Below are positions 22,901 to 37,900 of a stretch of 40,133 nt of DNA, in pieces. Source of the stretch: Nemertoderma westbladi (Eukaryota; Animalia; Xenacoelomorpha); the NCBI GenBank assembly GCA_032718475.1, contig JAUCBJ010007313.1:1-40133 (forward strand), read 5' to 3'. A model generated the notes under the pieces. The model saw only the letters and a list, made by a program, of their open reading frames with translations, was not told the DNA's origin and made no database searches. Numbering within the stretch: position 1 is the stretch's first letter; every line of letters starts with the position of its first letter. Made by a program: the position numbers and the translations under genes.

Positions 22901-25900
22901 TGAGAATAACTTGTACTGTAACATCGGTTGTTTGCTGGTTAGGTGGAGTACCTTTGTCCTTGGCCTGTATCTTAAGGTTGTAGACTTCAATCTAGGGAGC
23001 CAATGAAATCAGGAAATTAGTAAAATTAGGCATAAAAATACTACCCATTTTTTTCAAAGCACCAAAATGTAACTGGTAAACTTAACCGTAAGTGCTACTC
23101 TATGCCTAGGCTAAGGGCGTACGGTACACACAGGTATGGGGACAGGGATATAATTTCGAATCTGGAATCTTTTAAGCAATTTTTATGTGAATTTTTGGTT
23201 TCGGGTTGACCAACTAAATCAACAAAAATAAAACTGACTCAAATTTACAAAAATATTATGTCAGCCTGCGTTTCCAAATTGGACAGATTTGAAATCAACA
23301 TTACCGAACCGGTATGTGCAGTCCTACGGTAAAGATGACTAATTTATTTATATGCTAAAAAAAAGTAAATTTTCTTCGGCCGCTAGGCCTGGGATTACGC
23401 ACAAAGTCTGACGACTTATTTCCAGTGCGGTCCCCCCACAACTTTACTCACCAGAGGAAACTCAGTACTCATTTAGCTACTATTTAAGAATGCAAGGCAG
23501 AGATGCGCCCTGGTTGGGACCTTTAAAGCATTCGTGCCGAAACGAAAACTGCCCTGGCCCATGTGAGGCTCGAACCCACGACCTATAGGAGATATGAATT
23601 CAATGCAACCACTACACCAAGGTGGAACCTACATCGATGTACAAGGCTGGGATAACTCCCTCTTGAAATGACTCCCTAATCATCTCAGCCTAGGCTGAAA
23701 ACACTCCCCTTTGGCTGAGATGACTCCCCTTTGGCTGAGATGACTCCCCTTAGGCTGAGAACACTCCCCTTAGGCTGAGATGACTCCCCTTAGGCTGAGA
23801 TGACTCCCCTTAGGCTGAGAACACTCCCCTTAGGCTGAGATGACTCCCCTTAGGCTGAGATGACTCCCCTTAGGCTGAGATGACTCCCCTTAGGCTGAGA
23901 TGACTCCCCTTAGGCTGAGATGACTACCCTTAGGCTGAGATGACTCCCCTTAGGCTGAGATGACTCCCCTTAGGCTGAGATGACTCCCCTTAGGCTGAGA
24001 TGACTCCCCTTAGGCTGAGATGACTCCCCTTAGGCTGAGATGACTCCCCTTAGGCTGAGATGACTCCCCCTTAGGCTGAGATGACTCCCCCTTAGGCTGA
24101 GATGACTCCCCCTTAGGCTGAGATGACTCCCCTTAGGCTGAGATGACTCCCCTAATTGAGTTATAGTTCATATCCATACCTGTGGTATTTTCATATATTG
24201 CAAAAAACTGTAACCTATGTTATTAGTTATTGTTTACTAGTTATTGTTTTGGTTAGAAAAGCCCGCCACTTTAACCTGTTCCTTTCCGTTAATTAAGAAA
24301 TCTAGGGAAAAAACTGGGCAGTGTTTTAGACTGAAAAGACTGGATGTTTGGTTAGGAGTTATCTCAGCCTGTTACACCGGATCGCTTGTTTATTGTTATT
24401 ATTACGGTTTTTATTCCCCGGACTTACCTTCTCCCTATCCAACTCGTCGGCCACTGTCGCGAACTTGACTCTGAATTCTCCGGTGGTCTTATCGATGGCG
24501 AACTGATCGAATCGCGGGTCGCCGCCCACAATAAAGTATTCAACGGCCCCGAAAGCGTTAGAAGTTCCATCGTCGTCTAAATCCGTCGCTTTTATGTTTG
24601 TCGTTATTGAGAATACTGAAAGCGGAGTTGATAATAAATTATTTTTTGACCCTGAACTTACCGGACAATCTCATATAGTAAAGTGATATCCTAATATATA
24701 TTACCCACTGCCCATGTTACAATAGTTAATCAATGTTGATAATACTATGGTAATAGGGGCTACCTACACTGTACCCGTACACTACTACTATAAGAGGATT
24801 CACCCAGGGACTGCAGAAACTTATGTATTAAAAGCAAAATAAAACAATTTTCAATTTATAAACACGAAGTCTAGAACCCGAGCATTTTGCAGATGAGACT
24901 TCGTAGGAATTCACAAGGTTGGTTTGTAGGGAGTCACTGGACTGGTTCGAAACCAGCTCACAGCAATAATTTGTCAATAAATTCAAACCCATAAGGTCCC
25001 ATTAAAAATAACCTGGCTAAGCCATTCAAAATCAATAGCATAATATTATTATATCACTGAAGTATATCTCTAGAATATTATTTCAGAAAATGTAGCAAAT
25101 TATAGCGTTATGACCTTGTTTATTATATTTGGCTCGCTTCGCTCCTGTAATAAAGAAAACCCACTCGTTTATGTACTAAATTTCACAAAAGTAAGTAAAA
25201 TTTATATAAATTTTAATTGTTATTATTGTTATCCCCAACCCTGAAGAAGATGAACTTAAAAGTTATAAATAAAGTAAAACGTACAACTTGGATCGTCTTC
25301 GAATACGTGGGTGTATATATACGGGGTGTTCTCGAAGATAGGGGCATTGTCGTTGCAATCTGTGAGATCGACGGTGAGATGCCAATCGGTGCTGGTAGTA
25401 ACCGGAAGGACACTCTGGGTGCACTTCGGGGTCTGGCCACGGTCGCACGCCTAAATGAGTCACAGAGATAATGCGAGCAATTATTGGTTGAGCGGAATAA
25501 ACTATAGATTATGTGTGACAATGTTAACAGGACTGTTTGTACTGCAGAAATAAGTACAGCAATGAGTCTGGCTTTGTTGTTAGGAGTGTCAACTTACCCT
25601 AGCAACCAATGTGATAGCTTTGTTGTTTGGAGGGTCTCTGTCTAGATTCGCCTTGACCACGCTCAACTCTCCGGTGTTGGGTTCCAGGAAGAAGTAGTTT
25701 CCAGGGTTGCTAAGCAACTTATACTCTACGTCACTATTCCAACCGGCGTAGGGCGGTGTCAGGGTCAGATCCCTTGGTCGATCTTTATCAGTGGCAATAA
25801 ACTGTAAGGCAATAAATATATGGTAGTTTTATAAGTTGGGCATATGAAGAATAAAAAAAATCTAACCAAAAAACTAAACCAAGTGTATGACATTATTGTA

Positions 25901-28900
25901 GTATACTTCAGGAAAATGTTTTAAGTACAATAGGAGTACCTTATTAGTACATGATGACGTACAATAGAACAAGATAACAAGTCACATTGTGGGGGCAGAA
26001 AGAGTATTATTTAGGATAAAATAATAATAGTTAATTTTGTGTCCATATTATAAACAACATATCATACTATAGTTTAGTGGCTTGGCGGCATAAAATTGTA
26101 ATATTGCCCATTGAATTAAAGTTTATTGCAAAATTAATTAAATTATTCTGGAACATCAATATTTCGATCCTTATAAATAATAATCCTCATAAATATATGG
26201 TTAATTCTACCAAAAATTAGCCAAATGAGTTAGAGATGTTCAAAAGTTGATAACTTTGGCAATAATTTTTCAAATCTCACACAGTAAAGTGCAAAAAGTA
26301 GAGGAGATTTAGTAGTGTTGGGGACAGTTAAAATGTTTTGCACCTGCAAGAAAAAAAAATTACCAAAATTAACCTGGAATGTAAAAAAAAACGGTAAAAT
26401 GCGATTAAGAATGGTGAAGTGGCAGTGATTTGCGACCACGATGGCTACCATAGGTCCAGTAACAATATAGGCTACCATAAGAAACGCAGAAAAAAGTCTT
26501 ATAAGATTAAATTTCAATCTTTGTTGTAACACAACTACAGATTGAGCACTGGTTGTGGAACAAAAAATTCAGTATATTTCAATGTTCCAATACGAATCCC
26601 CCTATATAGTTGCTCACAATTTTTTTAGCTAAGCCACACTCCACTGCTAGATTTCATCACAACAATAATATTTACATAATCAGACATAATTCAAGCAAAG
26701 CAAACAGTCGGCCGAAGCCGGAGGCGACCCGAAGGCTCCTCTTTCGATAGCTGCTACCCGAGGGTAGGGGTGGGCGTTACTCCTATCCCAAGATTTGCTC
26801 CCAGTTATTTAACTGGTACTCATTTTATCGACCCCAGTGGATGAAAGGCTGAGTGGACCCTGGCGGGGCTGAACCTACAACCAACAGATTGCAGGCCCAG
26901 CGCTCTACCAACTGAGCGACCCCGCCTTAAGATATATATACATAATTAATATGATAAATTCGACTGACCTTGAAAGCCAGCGGGGTATTAAGGGGTTGGC
27001 ACTCGTCCATGTTTATATTTTGTGTAAGAGATGGGTCCCAAATCGGCGCGTTGTCATTGATATCAATGATATGGACAATAACTGTACCGGTGGATGACTT
27101 CTTATTAGCGGGGTTAGCGGGGCTGTCTTCTACCTTAACTAGAATCTTGTACCTATAGACGTGTAATAAATAGTCATATAAAAATGTTGTATCGGTTTAT
27201 ACACCGGGGGTAAACGCTACGCCTACACACCAACACCTACTAGAAGGCAGGTTAGTTAAGAAGCAGGTTACATAGCCGTGTTGAAAGGAACCAATACAAT
27301 AAACTTGAGATAGGAAACTCAAATTAATTGAGAATCAACAATTTGAGGATCAACAGTCAGACGTATTGGGGTGTCGTTTATACAGCCTTCTCATTGGGGT
27401 TAATAATTAATTAATATTGAAAAATTAGTGCCTATAATAAAACTTTTACTGTAAGCTGTGTTCCTAAATTTAGTTTATTGTTTTGGTTAGAAAAGTCTGG
27501 CATTATGACCTGCTTCTTTCCTTTAAAAGGTACTTTAAAATATGAATATTGAAATGAAATATTCGCGAAATTAAATTAATATGTTAAAATAATATGAAAG
27601 GACACCCCAATTGGTAATATGCTACCGGTACATGTAGGTGAAAGCGTGTATAAATAGGTGTCTGGGGGTTGGTGTTGGTGTGTATGCGTAATTTTTACCC
27701 CCCTATACAATACACCCCACTATCCAATCACCCATATATTAACCCTTGGGGTAACAGTAGGTCTATATACAAACTATCTACTCACTTATTGACCCCAGGG
27801 GGAGGGTTGTCCCGATCTATAGTCGAGGTGAAGGTGACCAGTCCGGTCGCAGAATCAACTGCAAACAGACTACCGGCTGGGGTCTCGCTAACTTTGGTGA
27901 AGACGTGGGCGATATTGATAGCGTCGGTGTCGGGATCGTTAATGCTAACAGGTGTCACTGGCTGATTGGCTGGAATAACGTCGAGTTCTTCATACAGAGT
28001 AATCTCCCATGGACTGCGAGAAGATAATTCAGAAATTTAGCGAATAGACATAAATATATAGGCCAAACATATAGTTTTAGCGAGAGAGTGAAATATGAAA
28101 CGAGAACGTGAAATAAAGGACTATATTTAAATCGAATATGTCGTTTTATTTTCAAGATTCAAAGTTTTATTAATTATAAATCATATATTACACCGGTAGT
28201 ACCTGTATAACATATGTAGCGTGAGCTGTCTGCCGCTATTTACAATAGGTTTAGGCAGCGACAGATTATGAGTGACACCGGACACGTCCGCGGTATAACG
28301 CGGTAACGACCTAGGTATCTTGTGCTGTCTGTATCTGCCATGAATGACTTACTGTTAGGCCTACTGTACCACAGTGTGACCGTCGAATACAGTACAATCA
28401 TACTGAAAGAATACTGTTACCGGTACTATATTTCACGCCGTGATATATAGAACCCCATAACCCATCAATGAGTTTACTTTACTTTTTTTCACGGCGTATT
28501 TCACGCCGACTTGAAAATACAATGTTTGTATGAGTTGATTAAAAACCATGACAGTACTATTAGGTTTGTTGTTGAGCAAGAAAACCATGAGAATTCAATT
28601 TGGCAGATTAAAGCTGGGCAAATGTACGATAACTTACTCCGCTGTGAATTTGGGCTGGTTGTCATTGATGTCGACAACTCTTATGTTCACGATACAACTG
28701 GAGACCTTTGGAGATGGATTACCGTCACTGGCTTGAACCTCCAATGTCCATCTACTGTACTCCTCGGTATCCAGGAACAACGAACAACCCGCCTTCACTA
28801 AAATCTGTCCCGAAGAACCGTTCACCTTAAAGAAATAACACAGATGGTGAGGAACTTTAAGTTCATCTACTTGACAAGCTTTTTCGAGGTGTTTGTCCCT

Positions 28901-31900
28901 AAAGGGTACGCCTGTGATGGGATTAGTCCTGCAATTGCGCCACTAGAATATGGGTTATTTTCGGTAAAATTAACTTATCATTCGAGGTTAAGACCCCTGG
29001 ATCCCTTCCTATCATAAATGTAAATATGTTGAAGGTCGTCACCCGCTGGTCAAGTTAAAATAGAACCATATGGAAAGATATGGACTTGTTGAAAAATTAA
29101 CGCCGGGACCGGGATTCGAACCTGGGACCTCTCACAAAACTTCTTCCACTGAGCTACCCCAGCTCAGGAGCAAATTAATAGTTGAACAAGTCCATATCCA
29201 GGGAAAGCCCCAACCATCTTTCAATGTGGTTCTATTTGAACATTACCAGCGGGTGTGGGCCTTCAATTTTAATATGAAATCCATTGATACGATTGGTTGT
29301 AAGTATATATAATGTACATCCATGAACAATGTCAATGATTCATCTCAACCCAAATTATACAATATTTAGTTGTTAAAAAACATTATCATTCAACAAAAAT
29401 CTTACTTATCAAACTTTAATAATTTGATACAATTATTGTGTGTCGTGCCACATGGCCACGTGCCACATTAGAACTGCGGTAACTAGTCGCTACTTACCTC
29501 CCAAGGTCCGGGTGCACCCCCACAATGTGTCGGTAGGTTCCCCTTTAGGAGACTGTACGTTACAATGTTATTATTGTTGATTCCGCTATCGGCGTCAACA
29601 GCTTTAACAGTGATAGAAAGAGGTGTACCATCAGCGCTGGTCTCAAATATGTCTCCGTCATATCTGACAATAAATTAATTAACAAATTAATTGCTTATTA
29701 TTTTAGGTTTTGATTCTAGAACAGTTTCTTCCGTTGAAGTGTTTGTACGCCAGTTACTGCATAATTAGTTACCTGTATTGTTGAAAAACAGGCCTGTTAT
29801 CGTTGACATCAGTGACCGCAATGTTTATAACGAAGTCAGCAACCGTGGTGGCTGGGTCTCTGTTGTCATATAGTTTGGCATTAATGGTGTAGGAGTCCTT
29901 ATTAGTGGCCTCCCTGTCCAACGCTTGCACCAAATATAGTTTACCCCAATCGGCGGAAAGTTTAAACATTGCGTTATCCAGAGTGCCGGCTGCATCTTTA
30001 ACTGAGTCGATTCTGAATGTTAAATAAACGCTTATAGCTAAAGATTGAAAGCAAAATTAATAATTCTCGCTCAACCACCAAGGAGGAGGGAGATGAAACT
30101 ATCTCGGTTACAAATTTCTTGCAATCTCATTGAGATTTGTAGAACAATTTGGGTGGTGCCGGTACCTGAATAAATACACTATATTCCAGGATTGGAGTAT
30201 GCTGCAAAGGAAAGAGCAATCGGTTTTAATTATTACCAATCATTTTACACTGTTCTAGAACTTTCGATATGCGCGATTCTCCTAAATTCGTTACGTGTCT
30301 TTAGCATCTATTATATTTACAGGACATAACATAACCTATTTGAGTCGCAGAAAAAACCAAAACCTGTACTATAATGGTTCTATACTTTACCAAATGAAAA
30401 ATAAAAATATTATCGAATTTGTAGTACCTCCTACTTGAGTTAAACGGTAAAAAATAGAGGAAAATAAAAGTTGTCAGATATTCTGAATTATTCATTTTTA
30501 TATCTTGTTATATTTTCTTATAAATTTTAATTATTTATTTTCTGGTACTGAGTAACTCCTATATACTGTACTCTAGATCGGTAACACATTGTACTATACT
30601 AACTTCCATTGTTTCAACCCATGTGCCGCCCCTAGATTGTCTAATTGTCGGTCCAAATCTTTCATAGTTACACCACCGATGTCAGCAGGAACTTTGAGAT
30701 CAGCCAATAAACTCCCAACCGCCTTATTCTCCGGTACATTTAGGGCTATAGGGCTACTCGAGACTGCGGGGACATTGTCATTCTCGGGTGTAACATAAAC
30801 GTTAACCACTGCAGTCGCGGTGTACCTCGGGGTGGCACCGTCGTTGTCTACAGCAATGACACGGAACTGATATTCCATTGGTTTAGCGTCGAAGTCTACT
30901 TTGTTTGTCCCGTGGGTCTTTAGTTGGCAAGCTAGACCTGCGCCGCCAGTGTCTGCATGGAAACAGGTTCAAAGTGGTAAAAGGATAGCTAAGAAAATAA
31001 CATGATAATGTGCCGGTACTGAAGTAAATTAACAAAGTATATTTTTAGTACATAAATATTCAATACTTTATTATATTTCTCAATTCTTTATCTTAGATAT
31101 CCACAGATCTATAAAAGATTTTAATGCAAAATACATGAAAATAAAATAAGTTACTTGGTCAGTAATTAATTATGTGACTATTTTTAATTAATTAATTAAT
31201 TAATTATCAAAAACTGTATTAAAGATCTGATATTCTTTTTCATATAAGAACACAAGATATACATATATCATATTATATGAATGGAATGGGAAATCTTTTA
31301 GGCTCGTTAAGCCAAGGAATGCCTGTTCACCAAGGATTGCGTGATCTTCCACAGTAAATCCTTCCACTCTGTTTTCTAAATTGCCGTGGTTCCCATACAA
31401 AGTATTGCATATTATCATATAAGTTATACAAAAAAATGTGTCTCTAAATAATTATTTTGATACTAGTCTTATTGTATTTTAATAGAAGTATCATCTACAA
31501 GTAACACGTAGGCCTCACCTAAGACTTGAAACTCTGTTGCCTTCACCGTATCCGAGGGGTGTATGGAACATACAACTTTCGCGTGGTTTCCTGTGGCCGG
31601 GTCATCGTCATCTGTTACCGCCATGGTCGCTATGACAACGGTGTCCACGGGAACCGTATCAACAACACCGGCGATAAAGTAGGGGTTAGTAAATTGAGGT
31701 TCATGGTTATTTAAATCCTAAAATAAATGAATGACGAGTTAGCTAAGAGGGCTGTGAAGACTAGGCAGGTGATGAAAGGTGAAAATCAGGCACTCTGGAC
31801 GCTTGTAAGATCCAGCCTTTCCCAACAACTTGATTATTGGCTTCAATTGTGCTACCCAACTCAGGTCAAGGCTGCAGCAAAGAAGATGGATGAAGTGCTG

Positions 31901-34900
31901 TGGGATGTTTTAGAGGCTATAGACGAATCTCATATCCCAAGAAACTGGGAGGAAAGAGATGGAGATTGCGAGATTGACATTCCAGGTGAGGGAATTGGAA
32001 TCAGGTCATATCAGGACTGGGTTGTTAGACAGCCAATAACGTTAGGTGGACTGGGTTGTTAGACAGCCAATAACGTTAGCTGGGCTGGGTTGTTAGACAG
32101 CCAATAACGTTAGGTGGACTGGGTTGTTAGACAGCCAATAACGTTAGGTGGACTGGGTTGTTAGACAGCCAATAACGTTAGCTGGGCTGGGTTGTTAGAC
32201 AGCCAATAACGTTAGGTGGACTGGGTTGTTAGACAGCCAATAACGTTAGGTGGACTGGGTTGTTAGACAGCCAATAACGTTAGGTGGACTGGGTTGTTAG
32301 ACAGCCAATAACGTTAGGTTGACTGGGTTGTTAGACAGCCAATAACGTTAGGTGGACTGGGTTGTTAGACAGCCAATAACGTTAGGTGGACTGGGTTGTT
32401 AGACAGCCAATAACGTTAGGTGGACTGGGTTGTTAGACAGCCAATAACGTTAGGTGGACTGGGTTGTTAGACAGCCAATAACGTTAGGTGGACTGGGTTG
32501 TTAGACAGCCAATAACGTTAGGTGGACTGGGTTGTTAGACAGCCAATAACGTTAGGTGGACTGGGTTGTTAGACAGCCAATAACGTTAGGTGGACTGGGT
32601 TGTTAGACAGCCAATAACGTTAGGTGGACTGGGTTGTTAGACAGACAATAACGTTAGGTTGACTGGGTTGTTAGACAGCCAATAACGTTAGGTGGACTGG
32701 GTTGTTAGACAGCCAATAACGTTAGGTGGACTGGGTTGTTAGACAGACAATAACGTTAGGTTGACTGGGTTGTTAGACAGCCAATAACGTTAGGTGGACT
32801 TGGTTGTTAGACAGCCAATAACGTTAGGTGGACTGGGTTGTTAGACAGACAATAACGTTAGGTTGACTGGGTTGTTAGACAGCCAATAACGTTAGGTGGA
32901 CTGGGTTGTTAGACAGCCAATAACGTTAGGTGGACTGGGTTGTTAGACAGACAATAACGTTAGGTTGACTGGGTTGTTAAACAGCCAATAACGTTAGGTG
33001 GACTGGGTTGTTAGACAGCCAATAACGTTAGGTGGACTGGGTTGTTAGACAGCCAATAACGTTATGTCTTGCATTAACGTCTAACATTAAGTTCTATTCG
33101 GTGGCAAGAAGATCTCAGTCCGGTAGCGTTTTTTGGGGTTCTGGAACGGACGCTCCCCAGCTTTGGAGGCGAAAAATGTGTATATCCTCAGTTAGGAAGA
33201 TTATGTGGAAGGGAAGAGGAAGGAGAGGTGGAAGCAACTTCTGGACTCTGGATGCCGTACTGGGAGAGACCTGGGGTGTGCTTGGACATAGCTTCAAAGA
33301 GAGGCAATATATATCTATAATTACCTGGGTCAAGAGCTGGAAGGCGTCTTGGCTAGTGGCAGTAGTTGGTGTTGGAGAAGGAAGTACAGATGGAAGTACC
33401 ACAAGGAATATCACTGAGCAAAGGGAGATGCTCAGAGGGGCGGCACTTAAAAGAGCTGTGGAGTTACACCCTAACCAGCATGCCAGACCAGTTCTGGTCT
33501 GGCCTCAGATGGAAAAGCTATCCTCTTCCTGGGTGCTGGCCCTTCCAGGGCCAGAAACTGGACTTTCTGGACCTAATTTTTCAGAGGCTGTATGCGAACA
33601 TCTTTGCCTATCCAGCCCTGCCTGTAAGGGTATTGTGGGAGAGAGGGTTGGAAAGACTGAGGTGGAGAGCTTTGGGGATGGAGTAATGGCAGCAGCCTTA
33701 CCAGGAGACCCACGGAGAAATCGACATGTTGTAATTTTGTAAATGTTTTGAATATATAATAAATATGAATTATTTATATAAGTGAACTAAATAATACATT
33801 TGAGTTAAAAGACACACCACCCCCACCCCCCCCCCCCCCCCCCCTATTTCAGCGGGTTTACTAACATTAACGGTAATTTTGACAGCTTGAGTCACTGCTG
33901 TTGTCCCGTCCGTGGCTTCCACAACCAAGTTGTATTCATTTGGTCCCGCGGGGTACCAAGTAATATCGCCGGTCGCCGCGGTGATCTTCCCCAAGAAATC
34001 TGCCCCAGACGGAACGGTTTTTATTGCGAACCAGCCTTTAGTATCTCCTGATTTAATGCGGAACTGTAAATGTTAAAGGATATTAAATTGATTAAAACAA
34101 ATAAATATTAAACACTAAAAGTAGACACTAATAATAGGTTGTTCGTGTCTAAAACAGTATATTTGTGTCCAATATATAATTGCTGAATCAGTTATGGACA
34201 TACTTACTGATATAGTTATGGACATACTTACTGATACAGTTATGGACATACTTACTGATACAGTTATGGACAGACTTAATCATACACATACTGATACAGT
34301 TTCTAATGGACACACGTATATTCACTATGGATACACTTACTAAATTGTTACAGTTACAATGGACTTGGACACACGCAAAGTTAATATGGGCACACTTACT
34401 GATACAGATACTATGGACACACGCAATGTTAATATGGGCACACTTACTGATACAATTACTATGGACACACGCAAAGTTAATATGGGCACACTTACTGATA
34501 CAGTTACTATGGACACACGCAAAGTTAATATGGGCACACATACTGATACAGTTTCTAATGGACACTCGTATATTTACTATGGATACACTTACTAAATTGT
34601 TACAGTTACTATGGACACACGCAAAGTTAATATGGGCACACTTACTGATACAGTTACTATGGACACACGCAAAGTTAATATGGGCACACTTACTGATACA
34701 GTTACTATGGACACACGCAAAGTTAATATGGGCACACTTACTGATACAGTTACTATGGACACACGCAAAGTTAATATGGGCACACTTACTGATACAGTTA
34801 CTATGGACACACGCAAAGTTAATATGGGCACACTTACTGATACAGTTACTATGGACACACGCAAAGTTAATATGGGCACACTTACTGATACAGTTACTAT

Positions 34901-37900
34901 GGACACACGCAAAGTTAATATGGGCACACTTACTGATACAGTTACTATGGACACACGCAAAGTTAATATGGGCACACTTACTGATACAGTTACTATGGAC
35001 ACACGCAAAGTTAATATGGGCACACTTACTGATACAGTTACTATGGACACACGCAAAGTTAATATGGGCACACATACTGATACAGTTTCTAATGGACACT
35101 CGTATAATTACTATGGATACACTTACTAAATTGATACAGTTACTATGGACACACGCAAAGTTAATATGGGCACACTTACTGATACAGTTACTATGGACAC
35201 ACCCAAAGTTAATATGGGCACACTTACTGATACAGTTACTATGGACACACGCAAAGTTAATATGGGCACACTTACTGATACAGTTACTATGGACACACGC
35301 AAAGTTAATATGGGCACACTTACTGATACAGTTACTATGGACACACGCAAAGTTAATATGGGCACACTTACTGATACAGTTACTATGGACACACGCAAAG
35401 TTAATATGGGCACACTTACTGATACAGTTACTATGGACACACGCAAAGTTAATATGGGCACACTTACTGATACAGTTACTATGGACACACGCATAGTTAA
35501 TATGGGCACACTTACTGGTACAGTTACTATGGACACACGCAAAGTTAATATGGGCACACTTACTGATACAGTTACTATGGACACACGCAAAGTTAATATG
35601 GGCACACTTACTGATACAGTTACTATGGACACACGCAAAGTTAATATGGGCACACTTACTGGTACAGTTACTATGGACACACGCAAAGTTAATATGGGCA
35701 CACTTACTGATACAGTTACTATGGACACACGCAAAGTTAATATGGGCACACTTACTGATACAGTTACTATGGACACACGCAAAGTTAATATGGGCACACT
35801 TACTGATACAGTTACTATGGACACACGCATAGTTAATATGGGCACACTTACTGATACAGATACTATGGACACACGCAAAGTTAATATGGGCACACTTACT
35901 GATACAGTTACTATGGACACACGCATAGTTAATATGGGCACACTTACTGGTACAGTTACTATGGACACACGCAAAGTTAATATGGGCACACTTACTGATA
36001 CAGTTACTATGGACACACGCATAGTTAATATGGGCACACTTACTGGTACAGTTACTATGGACACACGCAAAGTTAATATGGGCACACTTACTGATACAGT
36101 TACTATGGACACACGCATAGTTAATATGGGCACACTTACTGATACAGTTACTATGGACACACGCATAGTTAATATGGGCACACTTACTGGTACAGTTACT
36201 ATGGACACACGCAAAGTTAATATGGGCACACTTACTGATACAGTTACTATGGACACACGCATAGTTAATATGGGCACACTTACTGGTACAGTTACTATGG
36301 ACACACGCATAGTTAATATGGGCACACTTACTGATACAGTTACTATGGACACACGCAAAGTTAATATGGGCACACTTACTGATACAGTTACTATGGACAC
36401 ACGCAAAGTTAATATGGGCACACTTACTGATACAGTTACTATGGACACACGCAAAGTTAATATGGGCACACTTACTGATACAGTTACTATGGACACACGC
36501 ATAGTTAATATGGGCACACTTACTGGTACAGTTACTATGGACACACGCAAAGTTAATATGGGCACACTTACTGATACAGTTACTATGGACACACGCATAG
36601 TTAATATGGGCACACTTACTGGTACAGTTACTATGGACACACGCATAGTTAATATGGGCACACTTACTGATACAGATACTATGGACACACGCAAAGTTAA
36701 TATGGCAGACTTACTGCTGATACAGTAAATATAAACTTACAGATAGGGTTCCATGAGGAGTCACGAAGTCACCATCACTGGCTTTAACACTCATAATATC
36801 CGCATCCAGAGCAACATCCTCATCTACGGTGGCGACGGTGTAAGTAACAGTAGTATCGAACACTGGAGGGAATTCATCCTGTATAAATAATAATCAAATA
36901 ATCACACTTTACTTTCACTATCAGAACCCATATTTAATTTAACCGATCAGAAACATGAGTAAGTTTTATGTGCTTTTCTAATCTTATTCACTTGTAATTA
37001 TTTTATTCTGTCCACCATCATGGGGGGGGGGGGGGGGGATTTCGATATATAATTGACCCGTAGAGGATTAAAACCTGGGTGGAGTTAGGTTGTATCAGTT
37101 AATGCTCTGAGTGGCCAGACATTGCTCTCCATGCAGGGATCGAACTTTGGATCAACGGTTTGGATGCCCATAATATCGGCACACAGCCTTAACCCTTAAA
37201 CTGGTGAAAACTCATGAGTTTTGGGAGGGCCAATTCCACTTGGTGGGAATTTTTTTAATAGATGTGACTGACTTGGCGAGAACTTATATTTGAGTTCTCG
37301 CAAGTCGACTCCCTCTTGGTGGATCTTTTTTAAGAAGAATTAGTTGACTTGGTGAAAACTCATATATGAGTTTATGAGCCAACGTCTGGACTTGGTAGAG
37401 ATTATATTTTCAAAAATAATTTATGTAAATTTAAGAATTGAATGCGGAATTATGTTAGTTTGGAATTCATAAAAAGAATGGCTTGAAAATTATTCGTAAC
37501 ATTCTATGAATGTAAAAATGAAAATTATTCGTAACATTCTATGAATGTAAAAATGAAAATTATTCGTAACATTCTATGAATTTAAAAATGAAAATTATTC
37601 GTAACATTCTATGAATGTAAAAATGAAAATTATTCTTAACATTCTATGAATGTAAAAATGAAAATTATTCGTAACATTCTATGAATTTAAAAATGAAAAT
37701 TATTCGTAACATTCTATGAATGTAAAAATGAAAATTATTCGTAACATTCTATGAATGTAAAAATGAAAATTATTCGTAACATTCTATGAATGTAAAAATG
37801 AAAATTATTCGTAACATTCTATGAATGTAAAAATGAAAATTATTCGTAACATTCTATGAATGTAAAAATGAAAATTATTCGTAACATTCTATGAATTTAA

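Noticed and set aside
24245-24376. Possible reverse-strand LTR remnant (TGTTTTGGTTAGAAAAG, shared with about 27479)
   Set aside because: Only a short shared dispersed repeat; no TSD or clear second terminus
26850-26926. Functional tRNA gene (also 23555-23622, 29100-29160, 38335-38392)
   Set aside because: Cloverleaf incomplete or degenerate; these are SINE-type heads
34188-36728. 300-527 aa repeat ORFs on both strands
   Set aside because: 48-bp unit lacks stops by chance; flanking cadherin exons splice in phase without it
37050-37405. Degenerate SINE-like segment and loose ACTTGGYG repeats
   Set aside because: Too degraded to classify by eye
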